Shown here piece by piece: positions 35,059 to 45,700 of a DNA stretch of 64,000 nt. This stretch comes from Psammoneis japonica (lineage: Eukaryota), in NCBI GenBank assembly GCA_008632985.1, contig QPGO01000002.1, positions 372,001-436,000 of the forward strand, in the 5' to 3' direction. The notes beneath the pieces were generated by a model, which worked only from the letters and a program-made list of their open reading frames with translations, did no database searches and had not been told where the DNA came from. A program made the position numbers and the translations under genes. Within the stretch, counting starts at the first letter, position 1. Each line of letters opens with the position of its first letter.

Positions 35059-37383
35059 ATGTCAACAGAACAGCATCAACGACAGCAAAAGGAACAACGC
35101 CCGAACAAACGAAAACGAGACGAGAGTAGTGCTGATGAAACTCTACCGCTCTTGTGTTTGAATTCCAGATGGGACTTGGCAAAACAGCGTGTTCAGACAC
35201 ATCCGTCGGAAGCTTCCGAAACATACGATTCAGGCCGTTTCCATAAGATTTCCAGCACGCCCCTGGCCTTGGCGTGTCGGTTGGGTGCGCACATGGACGT
35301 GATTGCCGAAATTCTAATGGCGTCTCCGATTCAATTGCGACGATTGATTCCGTCGTATGGGACTCCTCTTCATGAAGCGATTGTTTGTGAATCGATTGAT
35401 TCCAGAGTCATTTCGTTGTTGTTGGAAGCAGACCAACAGTTGGATCGGGAATACAATACTATTGCTGGAGGAGCATCACCATCCTTTTCACGCAGTAATC
35501 GCCGTGCAGCACTCATGCAAGACGTGGATGGTCATACACCGCTGCACTTGTTGATTCGACGACGATCCTCAGCGTTATCATCGCAACGACAACATGACGA
35601 TTGGATGTCCATGCTACAAGCACTCGTTAAATCCTGTCCACAAGCTGTGGAAATTCCTGATTGTGGTGAATACGAAGAACCACCCCTCGTCATGGCACTC
35701 AAGGCAAGCTTGTACAATTATGTGAGTAGTGCTGCTTCTGCTACCAACAACAACAACAATGATGATGATCAACAACACGTTCCCTGCGAATATCAAAACA
35801 TGGAACAACGTATTTTTGATATTTGTCAAATCATGTTGGAACACTATCCACAAGCAGCCTGCCGCATTTTAACGGGAGCACGGGGTCAATACACGGCGCT
35901 CCATTCGGCTGTCTTTCATGGACGGTGTTCCAAAACCATTCAACTCTTGCTACAAGCCGAACAACTTGTTGGAAAAGACAATACTTCCACTTCCATTGCA
36001 TCCCTCTTGGCCAATACGCAGGGCGAATTGCCTTTGCATTTTTGTGCCATGCGGGGTGAACCACCCAAAACGATTGGATTGCTGAGTGCGGCGGCACCAC
36101 AAGCGCTATTGACACGGGATTCGACGGGATTTACACCCATGCATTGGTTGTGGGTGCGGTTTGTTTCGGGTATATTGAGTTTACAAGAAAATAACAACAA
36201 CAACAACAACAACAACAATGAAGATGGTGAACAACCACAAGAAGGAGATGATAATGACGAAGTAGAAGAAGTAGGAGACGAAGCAATTGTTGCAACTACC
36301 GTGGTGGGCAGACCACAAGACAATGATTTGGATACCGCAGGTACTGCCGGCGGCGACAACGACGACGACGACATTGCTAGATATTCGTCATGGTCCGAGC
36401 TGGAGAGTGGAAATGACTATTATGCCGATTTGAGAATGATTCGGAGAATCGATCCACCCGTTGATTTCCTTCACATGAGACACATTCCAACACAGCTCTT
36501 GCGAGAAGGAAACAATGGGCATGCCGACTTCGAGTCGCAAACGCAACGCGTGCTACAACACATTTTCGGACGATACCAACAAGCGCAACAGCAAATACAA
36601 AATGACACTGGTGAGAATAATAATAATGATGATGATGAACAAGGGATGACGATTTCATGGACACGACGAGAGGCCTTGACTGCACTCTTTTGGACCAAGG
36701 TGGTGTCTTGCTTGCATTCTTCTGCAAGATCAACCAAAAAGTCTGGTTCTACTTCAGGAAGATTTCTGTTGACACACACGGCAGTGAGTACGCTCGCGTG
36801 TCCACCTGCCATTGCAAGAATCATCACGGCGTTGTATCCCAAGGAGTTGCTGGTGGCAGATGAGCAAGGGAAGTTACCGCTTCATCACGCTGCGACACGA
36901 CTCGTAGGGCATACGGAACCACCCGACCAATCGGTTGAGTTGTTGCAGCGTTTATTGACACAGTCGCCAACCGTGGGTGCCCGGGTGGCCGATAAGGAGA
37001 ATCGACTACCGCTACACCACGCCATTGATACAATATTCAGAGCGGCTTGTAATAGATGTGATGGGAACAACCAGAGGCGGACCTGTTATTGTTGGATTTC
37101 TTCTTCTACTCAGGCAAACACAGCATTACCATTGCCCACTTGTCCCGTGCAAGATATCCTAGATGTGATACGTGGTCTCGTCAAGAATTATCCCGACTCG
37201 TTGGAACGCCGAGATGGTAAAACAAAACTCTATCCCTTCCTCCAGGCGACGGCCGCCGAAGCGGAATACAAGACTCCCGAGTCCAATGACAGCGGACACG
37301 GCATGCCTGTCTCTGTCACCTTTATGCTCCTTCGAGCTAATCCGTCGCTGTTGAAGAATCTAAATCCCGGCGCTGGTAACTAA
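35059..37383 (+). CDS. Ankyrin-repeat-containing protein (774 aa) with poly-Asn tracts
   Basis: Repeated TPLALAC, GTPLHEA, GHTPLHL, GELPLHF, GKLPLHHA and NRLPLHHA motifs. (AAC)n tract at about 36190-36218. Confidence 0.85.
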   Translation: MSTEQHQRQQKEQRPNKRKRDESSADETLPLLCLNSRWDLAKQRVQTHPSEASETYDSGRFHKISSTPLALACRLGAHMDVIAEILMASPIQLRRLIPSYGTPLHEAIVCESIDSRVISLLLEADQQLDREYNTIAGGASPSFSRSNRRAALMQDVDGHTPLHLLIRRRSSALSSQRQHDDWMSMLQALVKSCPQAVEIPDCGEYEEPPLVMALKASLYNYVSSAASATNNNNNDDDQQHVPCEYQNMEQRIFDICQIMLEHYPQAACRILTGARGQYTALHSAVFHGRCSKTIQLLLQAEQLVGKDNTSTSIASLLANTQGELPLHFCAMRGEPPKTIGLLSAAAPQALLTRDSTGFTPMHWLWVRFVSGILSLQENNNNNNNNNNEDGEQPQEGDDNDEVEEVGDEAIVATTVVGRPQDNDLDTAGTAGGDNDDDDIARYSSWSELESGNDYYADLRMIRRIDPPVDFLHMRHIPTQLLREGNNGHADFESQTQRVLQHIFGRYQQAQQQIQNDTGENNNNDDDEQGMTISWTRREALTALFWTKVVSCLHSSARSTKKSGSTSGRFLLTHTAVSTLACPPAIARIITALYPKELLVADEQGKLPLHHAATRLVGHTEPPDQSVELLQRLLTQSPTVGARVADKENRLPLHHAIDTIFRAACNRCDGNNQRRTCYCWISSSTQANTALPLPTCPVQDILDVIRGLVKNYPDSLERRDGKTKLYPFLQATAAEAEYKTPESNDSGHGMPVSVTFMLLRANPSLLKNLNPGAGN

Positions 37384-37444
37384 TAACGGAAAGCAATATA
37401 TCGAGACACATGCAGTCGATTATGCATTATGTTGCCTATCACTA

Positions 37445-39730
37445 TTATGGTCCCATTGAAAACACATTGTCTGGTTTCTGGATAGGAGCAGTTGTCGCAG
37501 TATTCCGGTCAGTGTTATCATTGTCATCACTACTCCCCGTAAGAGCAAACACAAATCCAATACCCACGAGAGAAACAAGCATCGCCAAGACAATCAAACA
37601 AGCTCGTATTCTGCAGCGCTTTCTGGCTTGAATCCGAGAGGTTGGCGTAAATGTTGTCGTTAGACGCGATTGCTGTCTGTGCAAAAGATGCATCTCGCTC
37701 TCGTCACTAGCGGATTGACTCTCGACATCATCCGATGGGTATTGGTATTGATCGTCTTGAAAATCTTCAGGAAGTTGGCTTAGCTGTTTGTCGTCATCGT
37801 TTGCATCTCTAGGAAATACTGCGGACATTAATGATCGAGCCGAAGCCGCCAAACTATTGTCGTCCCTTGCAATCAGAACGAGAGGAGTGCTGTCACTAGA
37901 ACTGCTGCTGTACGATTCCAAATCGCAATGAACCAACCCCACATCGTCTAATGGCATCCTGAGTTGATTTTTCACCGGTTTTTCAAAAGTCGGAGAGAAC
38001 ATGTCATTCTCGGGACTGCGGACGACTGCCACATCGGAGGGAAATGAGTTGGGGGAGGAGGAAATGTCAGGTTGTGAGGGGACTTCGTCTTCACATGTCT
38101 TTTCCTCTTCTTGAATTGGTTCCGATAGCGATACGAAATCGCATGTCTTTTCCTCTAATATTCGAGCTGTTTTCTCGCTTAAACACTCTTCCAGTAAGAT
38201 GTCCGCCTCAAATGATCTATTTCTACTGTCCAAATTTGGGATAGTTTCATTTTCCTTCAGTTTCACTTCCATATGAAGGTCTGCTCTCGTTGGAACCGTT
38301 GTTGGCCTCATAGACAGAACTGACAAACAACTCTTCCAACGCTTGTCAGTCGACGCGTATCCCTCTTCTTTTGTCACGGTGTAGCTGTTCAGATGCTCGG
38401 TCAACTGTGCAGTGGCACAGGATAGCGATTTGGTACGACCAGAAACAGGTATGGGGGATACTTTAGCGCCATTGTCCTTTGTTTGAGATGCAGCAGTGAA
38501 GGCTTCGTCGGGGGCGTCTGCAACAAAGGATTCGCCGATCAAACGATCGTCGTCTTCCAGTGAATCAGATTCTTTGTCGTTCGAGTCCACCTTTTGCTCA
38601 GCTAGGTTCACTTGCATCGTATCATAGTCTATTCTTTTGGATGGCGATACTGATGCTAGTAATAGCGTCGCAGTAGACATTTGAGAAGGACCGCCGTCTT
38701 TCACTGAGCCTGATTCTTTGTCGTCCGTGTCCGTCTTTTGTTCACTTTGATTCTCTTGCACTGTATCATAGTCTATTCTTGTGGATGGCGATCCCGATGC
38801 CAATGAAAGCGTCGCACAGTGTGCCTTGTGCATTTCTACAGAGTCAGTGCTCATTGCTGTAGACATTTGATACTGGTCCAAGTGCCGTGCCAGATTTGCA
38901 GTTGCTTGAAACAAAGGTTGTGTTCTCCCTTGCATGAGCGCTAGTTCTTCCATGGATGGTGCTGGCACTCGGTCTCTCCATGTTACTGTTTTCTTGGTAG
39001 ACACAAAGCCTTGCTTTCGTTTTAGTACTGACGGGGGCAATGCCGGTAGTGGGGTATCAACGGTTTCTCGTTTGCTATTCTTGGTCCTCTCAGTCAGCGA
39101 GACTGGCTTTGGACTCTCGTTTGACCGCGCATTTTTCCTCCGATTGACATAACCTTTACTTCGTTTCAGCAAAGCTCTTTCTTTCTTTGTTCTTGGAGGA
39201 GGCAGTGACGGCAGTGGAGCATCAACCTTTTCTTGTTCGCTAGGCTTGGTGCTGTCAGATGGGAAGCTTTTGCTATGAATTACTTTTGAGCGCTTGTGAA
39301 ACCCGATGCGTTGTGGAGGCAGAAGCGAACAAAGAGGTATGTCTGGATTAGACTTTGCCAATTCAATGGTTGCATCATTCGGATCTATGCGCTTTCCTTT
39401 ATCGTAGTATTGACTTGTAATCCACGCAATGTAACTTTTGCGTTGAGTCTCCCACGGCACTTTGTCATTGACAAGTAACTCATCTTGCGGTTCTTGTTCA
39501 GGCATTTGATTTTGTTCACGTTGCCGGCCGCGACGCCAAGCCCAAATGAATTCCTCACTTGAAAGCTTCTCTAATAACAGATGGCCGTCATCGAAGCTAC
39601 TGTTCTTTTCATGCAAAGTCGTCCCGAGATGAATGCTAGTAGCTGACATTGAGCCTGTCGAACTGACGTTGAAATGCTTTTGCGCCCTGCACTGGCGAGA
39701 GTTATTCACAGCAGCTGGTTTTTCAGACAC
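37445..39730 (-). CDS. Hypothetical low-complexity protein with a C-terminal TM segment
   Basis: 2.3-kb open frame (first ATG at 39649). Short internal duplications (ATL.LAS.SPS.RIDYDT.Q twice, VD.PLP.LPP twice). Hydrophobic CLIVLAMLVSLVGIGFVFAL segment. Confidence 0.7.
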   Translation of the reverse strand: MSEKPAAVNNSRQCRAQKHFNVSSTGSMSATSIHLGTTLHEKNSSFDDGHLLLEKLSSEEFIWAWRRGRQREQNQMPEQEPQDELLVNDKVPWETQRKSYIAWITSQYYDKGKRIDPNDATIELAKSNPDIPLCSLLPPQRIGFHKRSKVIHSKSFPSDSTKPSEQEKVDAPLPSLPPPRTKKERALLKRSKGYVNRRKNARSNESPKPVSLTERTKNSKRETVDTPLPALPPSVLKRKQGFVSTKKTVTWRDRVPAPSMEELALMQGRTQPLFQATANLARHLDQYQMSTAMSTDSVEMHKAHCATLSLASGSPSTRIDYDTVQENQSEQKTDTDDKESGSVKDGGPSQMSTATLLLASVSPSKRIDYDTMQVNLAEQKVDSNDKESDSLEDDDRLIGESFVADAPDEAFTAASQTKDNGAKVSPIPVSGRTKSLSCATAQLTEHLNSYTVTKEEGYASTDKRWKSCLSVLSMRPTTVPTRADLHMEVKLKENETIPNLDSRNRSFEADILLEECLSEKTARILEEKTCDFVSLSEPIQEEEKTCEDEVPSQPDISSSPNSFPSDVAVVRSPENDMFSPTFEKPVKNQLRMPLDDVGLVHCDLESYSSSSSDSTPLVLIARDDNSLAASARSLMSAVFPRDANDDDKQLSQLPEDFQDDQYQYPSDDVESQSASDESEMHLLHRQQSRLTTTFTPTSRIQARKRCRIRACLIVLAMLVSLVGIGFVFALTGSSDDNDNTDRNTATTAPIQKPDNVFSMGP

Positions 39731-40150
39731 TGTGATTGCTGGCTATAAATGAGTGAAGTACTGTACAGTAAGGTAAGTAGCAGACCTAGTGAACTGGTGA
39801 GGATTAGCTTCTTTTCGTTTCCCCTCGCGTTCGCGAAAAATGTGAGGGAGCAGTTTGACTTGTTGGAGGGGGAGGGGGCATTAAATGTTTCGTGATGTCC
39901 GAAGAGATGGTCGTTAACTATCTTCATTTAAGCGCTTTCTTTCCAAACGTCATGCTTTGACATTGACGGACGCAGTGCCAGTAAGACGAGCGCGCGAATT
40001 GCGCGCGATCGTGAACCTCTGCCTTCCTGGGTTCTGTTTTAGCAAAGGAAATTGCGATGATGGCATGGATAACAAATCGCTTGATGAAGAGGAGAGACAT
40101 ACTCAACACATAAAATACACAATACGAATCAGTCAATTATATTATCGACA

Positions 40151-41791
40151 ATGGAACTTAACTTGCAGAAACCGAACTGGATTTCAGTTGGAATCTTGAC
40201 AGCAACGACCGCGGTTGTCTATCATCTGTACACAAACCGCAAGAGAAGACAGAGAACAGTCAAACGCCGGACTTCTCTCGGTTCCGCCTTTCAATCCGAT
40301 CGTGCCTTTTTGGAAAAGAACTTTGCCATGAAACAAAACATGGTAAATGCAATCCTTTGGTTCAACGAAAACGATGTACCCAGCAGAGAAGAAATGGTGC
40401 AGGTCATGACCAAGCTGGCGTTAAAGTTTGAGCGAATGAGATCTCGTCCCGTATGGCCTACATCTGCGAGAACCTGTGTATGGGAACCGATTCAAGACTT
40501 GGAGGCTGCTGTTGATCGAGCCGTCATTCAGGATGATGCTGTAGCTTGTGAGGGGAGGCATCATGACTGTCTTGAGCGTGCTATACTTGAGCGAATCGAA
40601 ACTTACAAGACTCAAGTTTTATCGTCAGAGGATGAGAACGGTGCCCCCCTGCCCTACTGGAGAGTTATTATACTGAAACCATCTACATTACTTGTAAGAA
40701 TCGACCATTGTATTGGCGATGGTATCTCCTTGGTGACTCTTTTGCGAGAAGTCGGCACACGATTCACAGAGAACGAGAAGGAGTCTACAGCCTTGCAAGC
40801 GACCATTTCTCTCGGTGATTTGTCGCCATTGCTTAGGTACTATGAGTCCTTGGGCGATTGGAGGATTTCTCTACGTCCCCTAGTTTTCATGTGGCTGCCT
40901 AATTTGTGGAGGGCTGTATCCTTTGTTGCTGGCATGTTGAAGACACCCAAGGAGCCGCCAAACCCGCTCAAACCGATGCCAGTTGATTTCTGGAAAGTCA
41001 TTCCAGATGAAAACTGTGGCACGGTTTACTTTCCTACGGTGTCGCTTTCATTGTTCAAGAAGCTTGCAAAAGGAGTGGGTGCTGGCACTACCATCAATGA
41101 TGTCTTTATGTTTTGTCTCGCGCATGCCTTCCGGCGCTACTTTGAAAAGGTTGGAGTACACGAGATTGAGTGTGTTCGGCTCGTACTACCAATTGCCAAT
41201 CCGTTGCCACCATCCTTATACGGGGATGAATTTGAAGGTTTATGCAATCACATGACGCCGGTGCTTGTTCCTCTTGACGTTTCGAGCGAAATTGAAACAA
41301 ATCCTGCTCTGGTTCTGGATGGTATTCAAGCTTGGATCGCAAAAGTTAAATTGTCTCGTTCTCCCATTTTCTTCACAACCCTCAACACGATTTTAGACCG
41401 ATTCCTTACAAAGGAAACGGTGGCTTCAGGAGGGAGAGATATGTTTGAAAGAGCAAGCTGTGTTTATTCTAATGTGCCCGGTCCTACAATTCCGATTGCT
41501 ATTGCTGGCCATCCGCTGCAGAGGATCCAAACGATATTGCCTCATCCCATCAGCATATTCCAAGCTCTTAGTTACAATGGAAGCGTATTCTTCAACATTA
41601 CGCTAGACACTAGAGCTGCACCACGTCCGTGGCTCCTTCGTGATTGCTTCGTGGATGCCCTTCGTTTCTTTGCGCTCACTTGGAAGATTCAAGATGCAGA
41701 CGTTGTGAGCGAAATTGCTGCATGCGCTGCATCCAATGAATGGGGAGGCCAAAACACTGTCTTCAAGTGTCATAACGCCAGCCAAAGTTAA
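40151..41791 (+). CDS. Wax ester synthase/diacylglycerol acyltransferase (WS/DGAT) family protein
   Basis: RIDHCIGDGISL (variant of HHxxxDG), TINDV, SNVPGP and LSYNG motifs, with an N-terminal anchor. Confidence 0.85.
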   Translation: MELNLQKPNWISVGILTATTAVVYHLYTNRKRRQRTVKRRTSLGSAFQSDRAFLEKNFAMKQNMVNAILWFNENDVPSREEMVQVMTKLALKFERMRSRPVWPTSARTCVWEPIQDLEAAVDRAVIQDDAVACEGRHHDCLERAILERIETYKTQVLSSEDENGAPLPYWRVIILKPSTLLVRIDHCIGDGISLVTLLREVGTRFTENEKESTALQATISLGDLSPLLRYYESLGDWRISLRPLVFMWLPNLWRAVSFVAGMLKTPKEPPNPLKPMPVDFWKVIPDENCGTVYFPTVSLSLFKKLAKGVGAGTTINDVFMFCLAHAFRRYFEKVGVHEIECVRLVLPIANPLPPSLYGDEFEGLCNHMTPVLVPLDVSSEIETNPALVLDGIQAWIAKVKLSRSPIFFTTLNTILDRFLTKETVASGGRDMFERASCVYSNVPGPTIPIAIAGHPLQRIQTILPHPISIFQALSYNGSVFFNITLDTRAAPRPWLLRDCFVDALRFFALTWKIQDADVVSEIAACAASNEWGGQNTVFKCHNASQS

Positions 41792-42779
41792 AGCTAGGGC
41801 CAGTCTTTCTATCATGGCCAGCCAATGAAGCGACCTTTCTCTAGTAGAGACCCCCTGGAAGAAGACGAGGAATTACTCCGTGGGTGCGTTTGAGGCAGAC
41901 GGTTCAATTCGTACGCCCAACTTGAGTTGCGTTCCCATGAAGTTTTCATTGAACACATCATCAGGCACGTCGCATAAAGAAATGTTTAGAAAGAAGCACG
42001 ACAAGTCTTTCCCAGGGCACACAGGGCGGCTGCCAACCTTTTTGTTTGCAGCATAATGCCAGTGATTTACGGCATGCAGCTCCACTGGTTGCTTCGTCTC
42101 GAGGGCAAAGAGAAGTTCATCATTCACGTTTTAAGAAGTCAGCCCCCCATCCCGATGACAGCATTTCTTTGATTACAAGTCAAGAGCAGTTCCCATTGTA
42201 CGGAACGTCATACAGTCTTCGAAAGAACTTAGCTTTGGCTTCGTCTTCCATCGGAGAAAAGCAGTAGTGTGTGTCATTCTCAGATGACAGACTCAAGTCG
42301 GGATGTCTTTTCCACCAATCATCCATATTCTTGTCCCAAGATACGCACAATGCAAGTTTCTCCTGAGCACTCGTCAACTCGATAACTGGTTGATAGAGAT
42401 CAATTACAAGCATTTCTTGACACTTTTCTGACGTGGGATGAAGCCACATGAATCTCATCAACGGGACGAAATTCAACGTGATGAGTGTGGCATGGCGAAA
42501 CGAATATTTCACAGTAATCTTTCTCTAGAGAGAGAATCATTTGTGATCGATAGTGTCAGGTAACGTTGAGGTGAAGCTGCGCATACCATATGGCGCTTTC
42601 GTTTGCAGGGTTGCGATTTTGTGAGGGTTTACCAGTGTCGTCGTTTGATCGAATGGAACGAATCCTCGCAAATCGAACATCAGAGTGCTGTGCACTTTTG
42701 TCGAATAAAATAATGACTCTATGATTGAACTTTTACGTGCATTATACGGGAAGCTGCTCCTCTACAAATGGAACAGGAA

Positions 42780-45700
42780 GCATCAAAGAAGCAACACGCA
42801 ACAAATGCCAGACCCTATACATGAATTGTTTCATGCAAATGTTTTTGACCCATCTTGCTGCCTGCTTTGTGAGAAGGGAGCGAGTCTTGCTTTTTGACAG
42901 CCAAAGAGAAGCTGGAGGGCGTCTGTGGGATGCGGCTCTCCTCTGCACAGTTTGAAGCTTTCCCCTTTTTAAGCTGGTCATGGCATCCACATTGCATGTG
43001 ATCTCCTGCCTGAGGGCTGTTGTGCCCCCATGTTGCAGTGCCAAACCATGTGATTGCCACAAGAAAGCAAAGCTTGCACCACAGCACCCATTGGCTGCGG
43101 GCACGACAGCTTCTTTGGAATTGTGTGCACACTGTGCATGTCAGAATTCCCATCACCGGCACACTGACTTTTGCAGAGTTGCTCTTGCAGCACCAGAAAC
43201 AGTCAGCAAAGTTGCTGGCAGAGCAAGTGAATTTGTTGCATTGCTGAGCCAGATGAAAAATGGACAAAACACAATGATCCCTCAACAACAGGGTGAAATT
43301 TGATGTCATCAGTGCTGTGTGGTGAAATGAGGACTTTTCACATTGGTCAGTTTCTGGAGAATCACTTGGCAGATTGATCAATCATGCCAGTTGCTCTCTG
43401 CACTGAGAGGAAAGAAGGCAAATCTGCAGCTCTCATTTGCAGAGATGTGATTTTGTGAGAGCATTGCAGCACCTTTTTGCAGCATGGCAGCACGCACATG
43501 AGCACAGATTTGGAGCACCTGGCAGTGTCAATTGGAGCACAAAGAGCATGTGCGCCTCTCTCCAAAAGCTGTGAAAACTGCAACAGCAGCAGGTGGTCGT
43601 GGTGGATCCTGTCAGGAGTCTGCAGTCCAGGAAGCTGGTGAGACAGATTGATGTGGAAACGGCGCTAAAGATGTTGCTGTGAACAGAGCTGTGGCCATGA
43701 GTGACAAGAAGAGCTCTTGATGCAATGCAAAACAGCACCTGCTGGAGCATGCTGCACATTCTTTTGGGAGATTTGTGACTTCACAAATCCAACCTCCAGA
43801 GGCACTGGAATGAGTTGTTCCAACATGGTTGTTTTGGAAACAACACTGCAGCTGTGGAAGAGAGTGGCACAGTGGTGGGCAGAGTTGCCTGGCCCAATGA
43901 CAATGGCCAGGTGGTGCAAACACCAGCTCAACAAAGACCTTCAAGAGCAAGAGCCAAGCAGGCTCAAGACAGGAGCACAAAAGAGTGGAACCAAGTTCCA
44001 GGGCTGTGCATCATGGAGGAACTGTGCAAGTTTTTCTGAACAACAAGGCTGGCGGCAAAGAGCAGCAGCAAGCTGCTGAGGCACTCATGAAAACAACCAA
44101 AGACGAGATCACCAACTGTGCAGGACAACATTTCAACTCAGGTGTCTGTGTGAAAGCTGTGGTTGGGCAACTTGAACAAGCAGGCTTCAACAAAGAAAAG
44201 CCTGCTTTGCCAGCTCCATCTTTTCCCATTGTCTGCATGCACTGTTTTCTGCCATGTCCAAACACACACAACCTCATTTTGCACTCACACAATTGAGCTT
44301 TGACAACAAATGTGTCCATTGGAGTGATGCACTTGTTTGCTGCAAAATGCCATGTGTTGTGGGTGCTGCACACCCTGCAGCTGGGTGTTTTGAGAAACTT
44401 GCTGCTGGGTTGCCAACATCTCCCAAGGGGCACACAAAATCATGTCATTTGTCAAAACCCATCCCAGTTGGATGTGTCAAGACTCAAGCATTGCTGCTCC
44501 ACTGCCAAACTGAGAATCCAGGTGATGCTCCTCTCACAGCTTTTGTCCAACAGAGAACATGCATTCCTCTGGAGCTTGGCTTGGCTTCACCAAGCAAGGC
44601 ATCAATCAGTGGCCAAACTGTGCACTGCTTTCATGATGCCATTCAACAAAGCAGCTCTCTCTTTCTCTCTCCTGCCAAAAAGCACCAGCTGAAAAACAGA
44701 AGCACTGGAACACCAAGGAGTGGAGGTGCTCTGCTCTGATGCCAACAATGATGCCAGCTGTGACAAACATCCATTTTTAGTCTCCTTGGCTGGCGGTGCA
44801 CATCAATTTTGATGAGCCCACAAGCACCATGAAATCTGTCACAGCAACAACTTGGTGGACAATGCATCCAGCAACATCTTGACAGATGTTGCTGGCTTTG
44901 ATCTTTCTCAATTGTGCCTGCCCCCCAGGGGTGTGGCACTGACTCTCTTTGCATTTTTGCTCGTGTGCCCTTCCTGCTGGCAGAGCATCTTTGAAAATGT
45001 GGGCGTCAACTTTTCATGACCCACAATGGCCTTTTTTGTGATTGCAGAGTTTCCCCCAAAAATCAGAAAAGTGCTGATTTGAGCAATTTTGCCAACTCAT
45101 CCCTTCCTCTGCCATGTTGAGCATGTAAAAGCCAGAGCCATTGTGCACTTGCCCAGTCAGAGGTTGCTCATGTGTTTTCTGAGCCTGCTGAACAGGGGAA
45201 TGTGGCCAGACAGCTGTGACAGAATGCTCTGTTGGAGATGCTCCAAGAAGTTCACAGCTGCAGAGTGCTGCACAGCTTGGTCTGCTGTGCCTGAGCTTTC
45301 AGCCAACAAAAAGCCCAGAAAAGCCTTGCTGTTGCCACACCATCTTTTGCTTGAGCTGGGCTGATGATGTTGAAGAACAATCAAGAGTTTTTTGCTCTAA
45401 GACAGTTGCATCAGGCTGTGAGTGCTGCACAGTGTTCTCCCAGTGAGCACCCTGACAACTCTGTTCTTTGAGTGGTGGGCATCTTGAAATGCACCGTTCT
45501 CCATGCTGGCACTGGTTTGGGGCACCCATGTTCTTTGCTGCAGAAACACAGAGAATGCTGGCTACAAATTGGTGCTGCAAGCAAAGATGGTCTCATGTAG
45601 AAAGCAGTTTGCTGCATGACAACAAATCACAGTTCATTCTCTTGAGCATGCTGCTTTGATGTGCTGGCAGAGATTTGTCTGATTGCCTGCCATCAGAACA

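Noticed and set aside
41873..42512. Minus-strand fragments with DVPYNGNC, weakly like an OTU protease motif
   Set aside because: Short, broken frames with one partial motif are too little to call.
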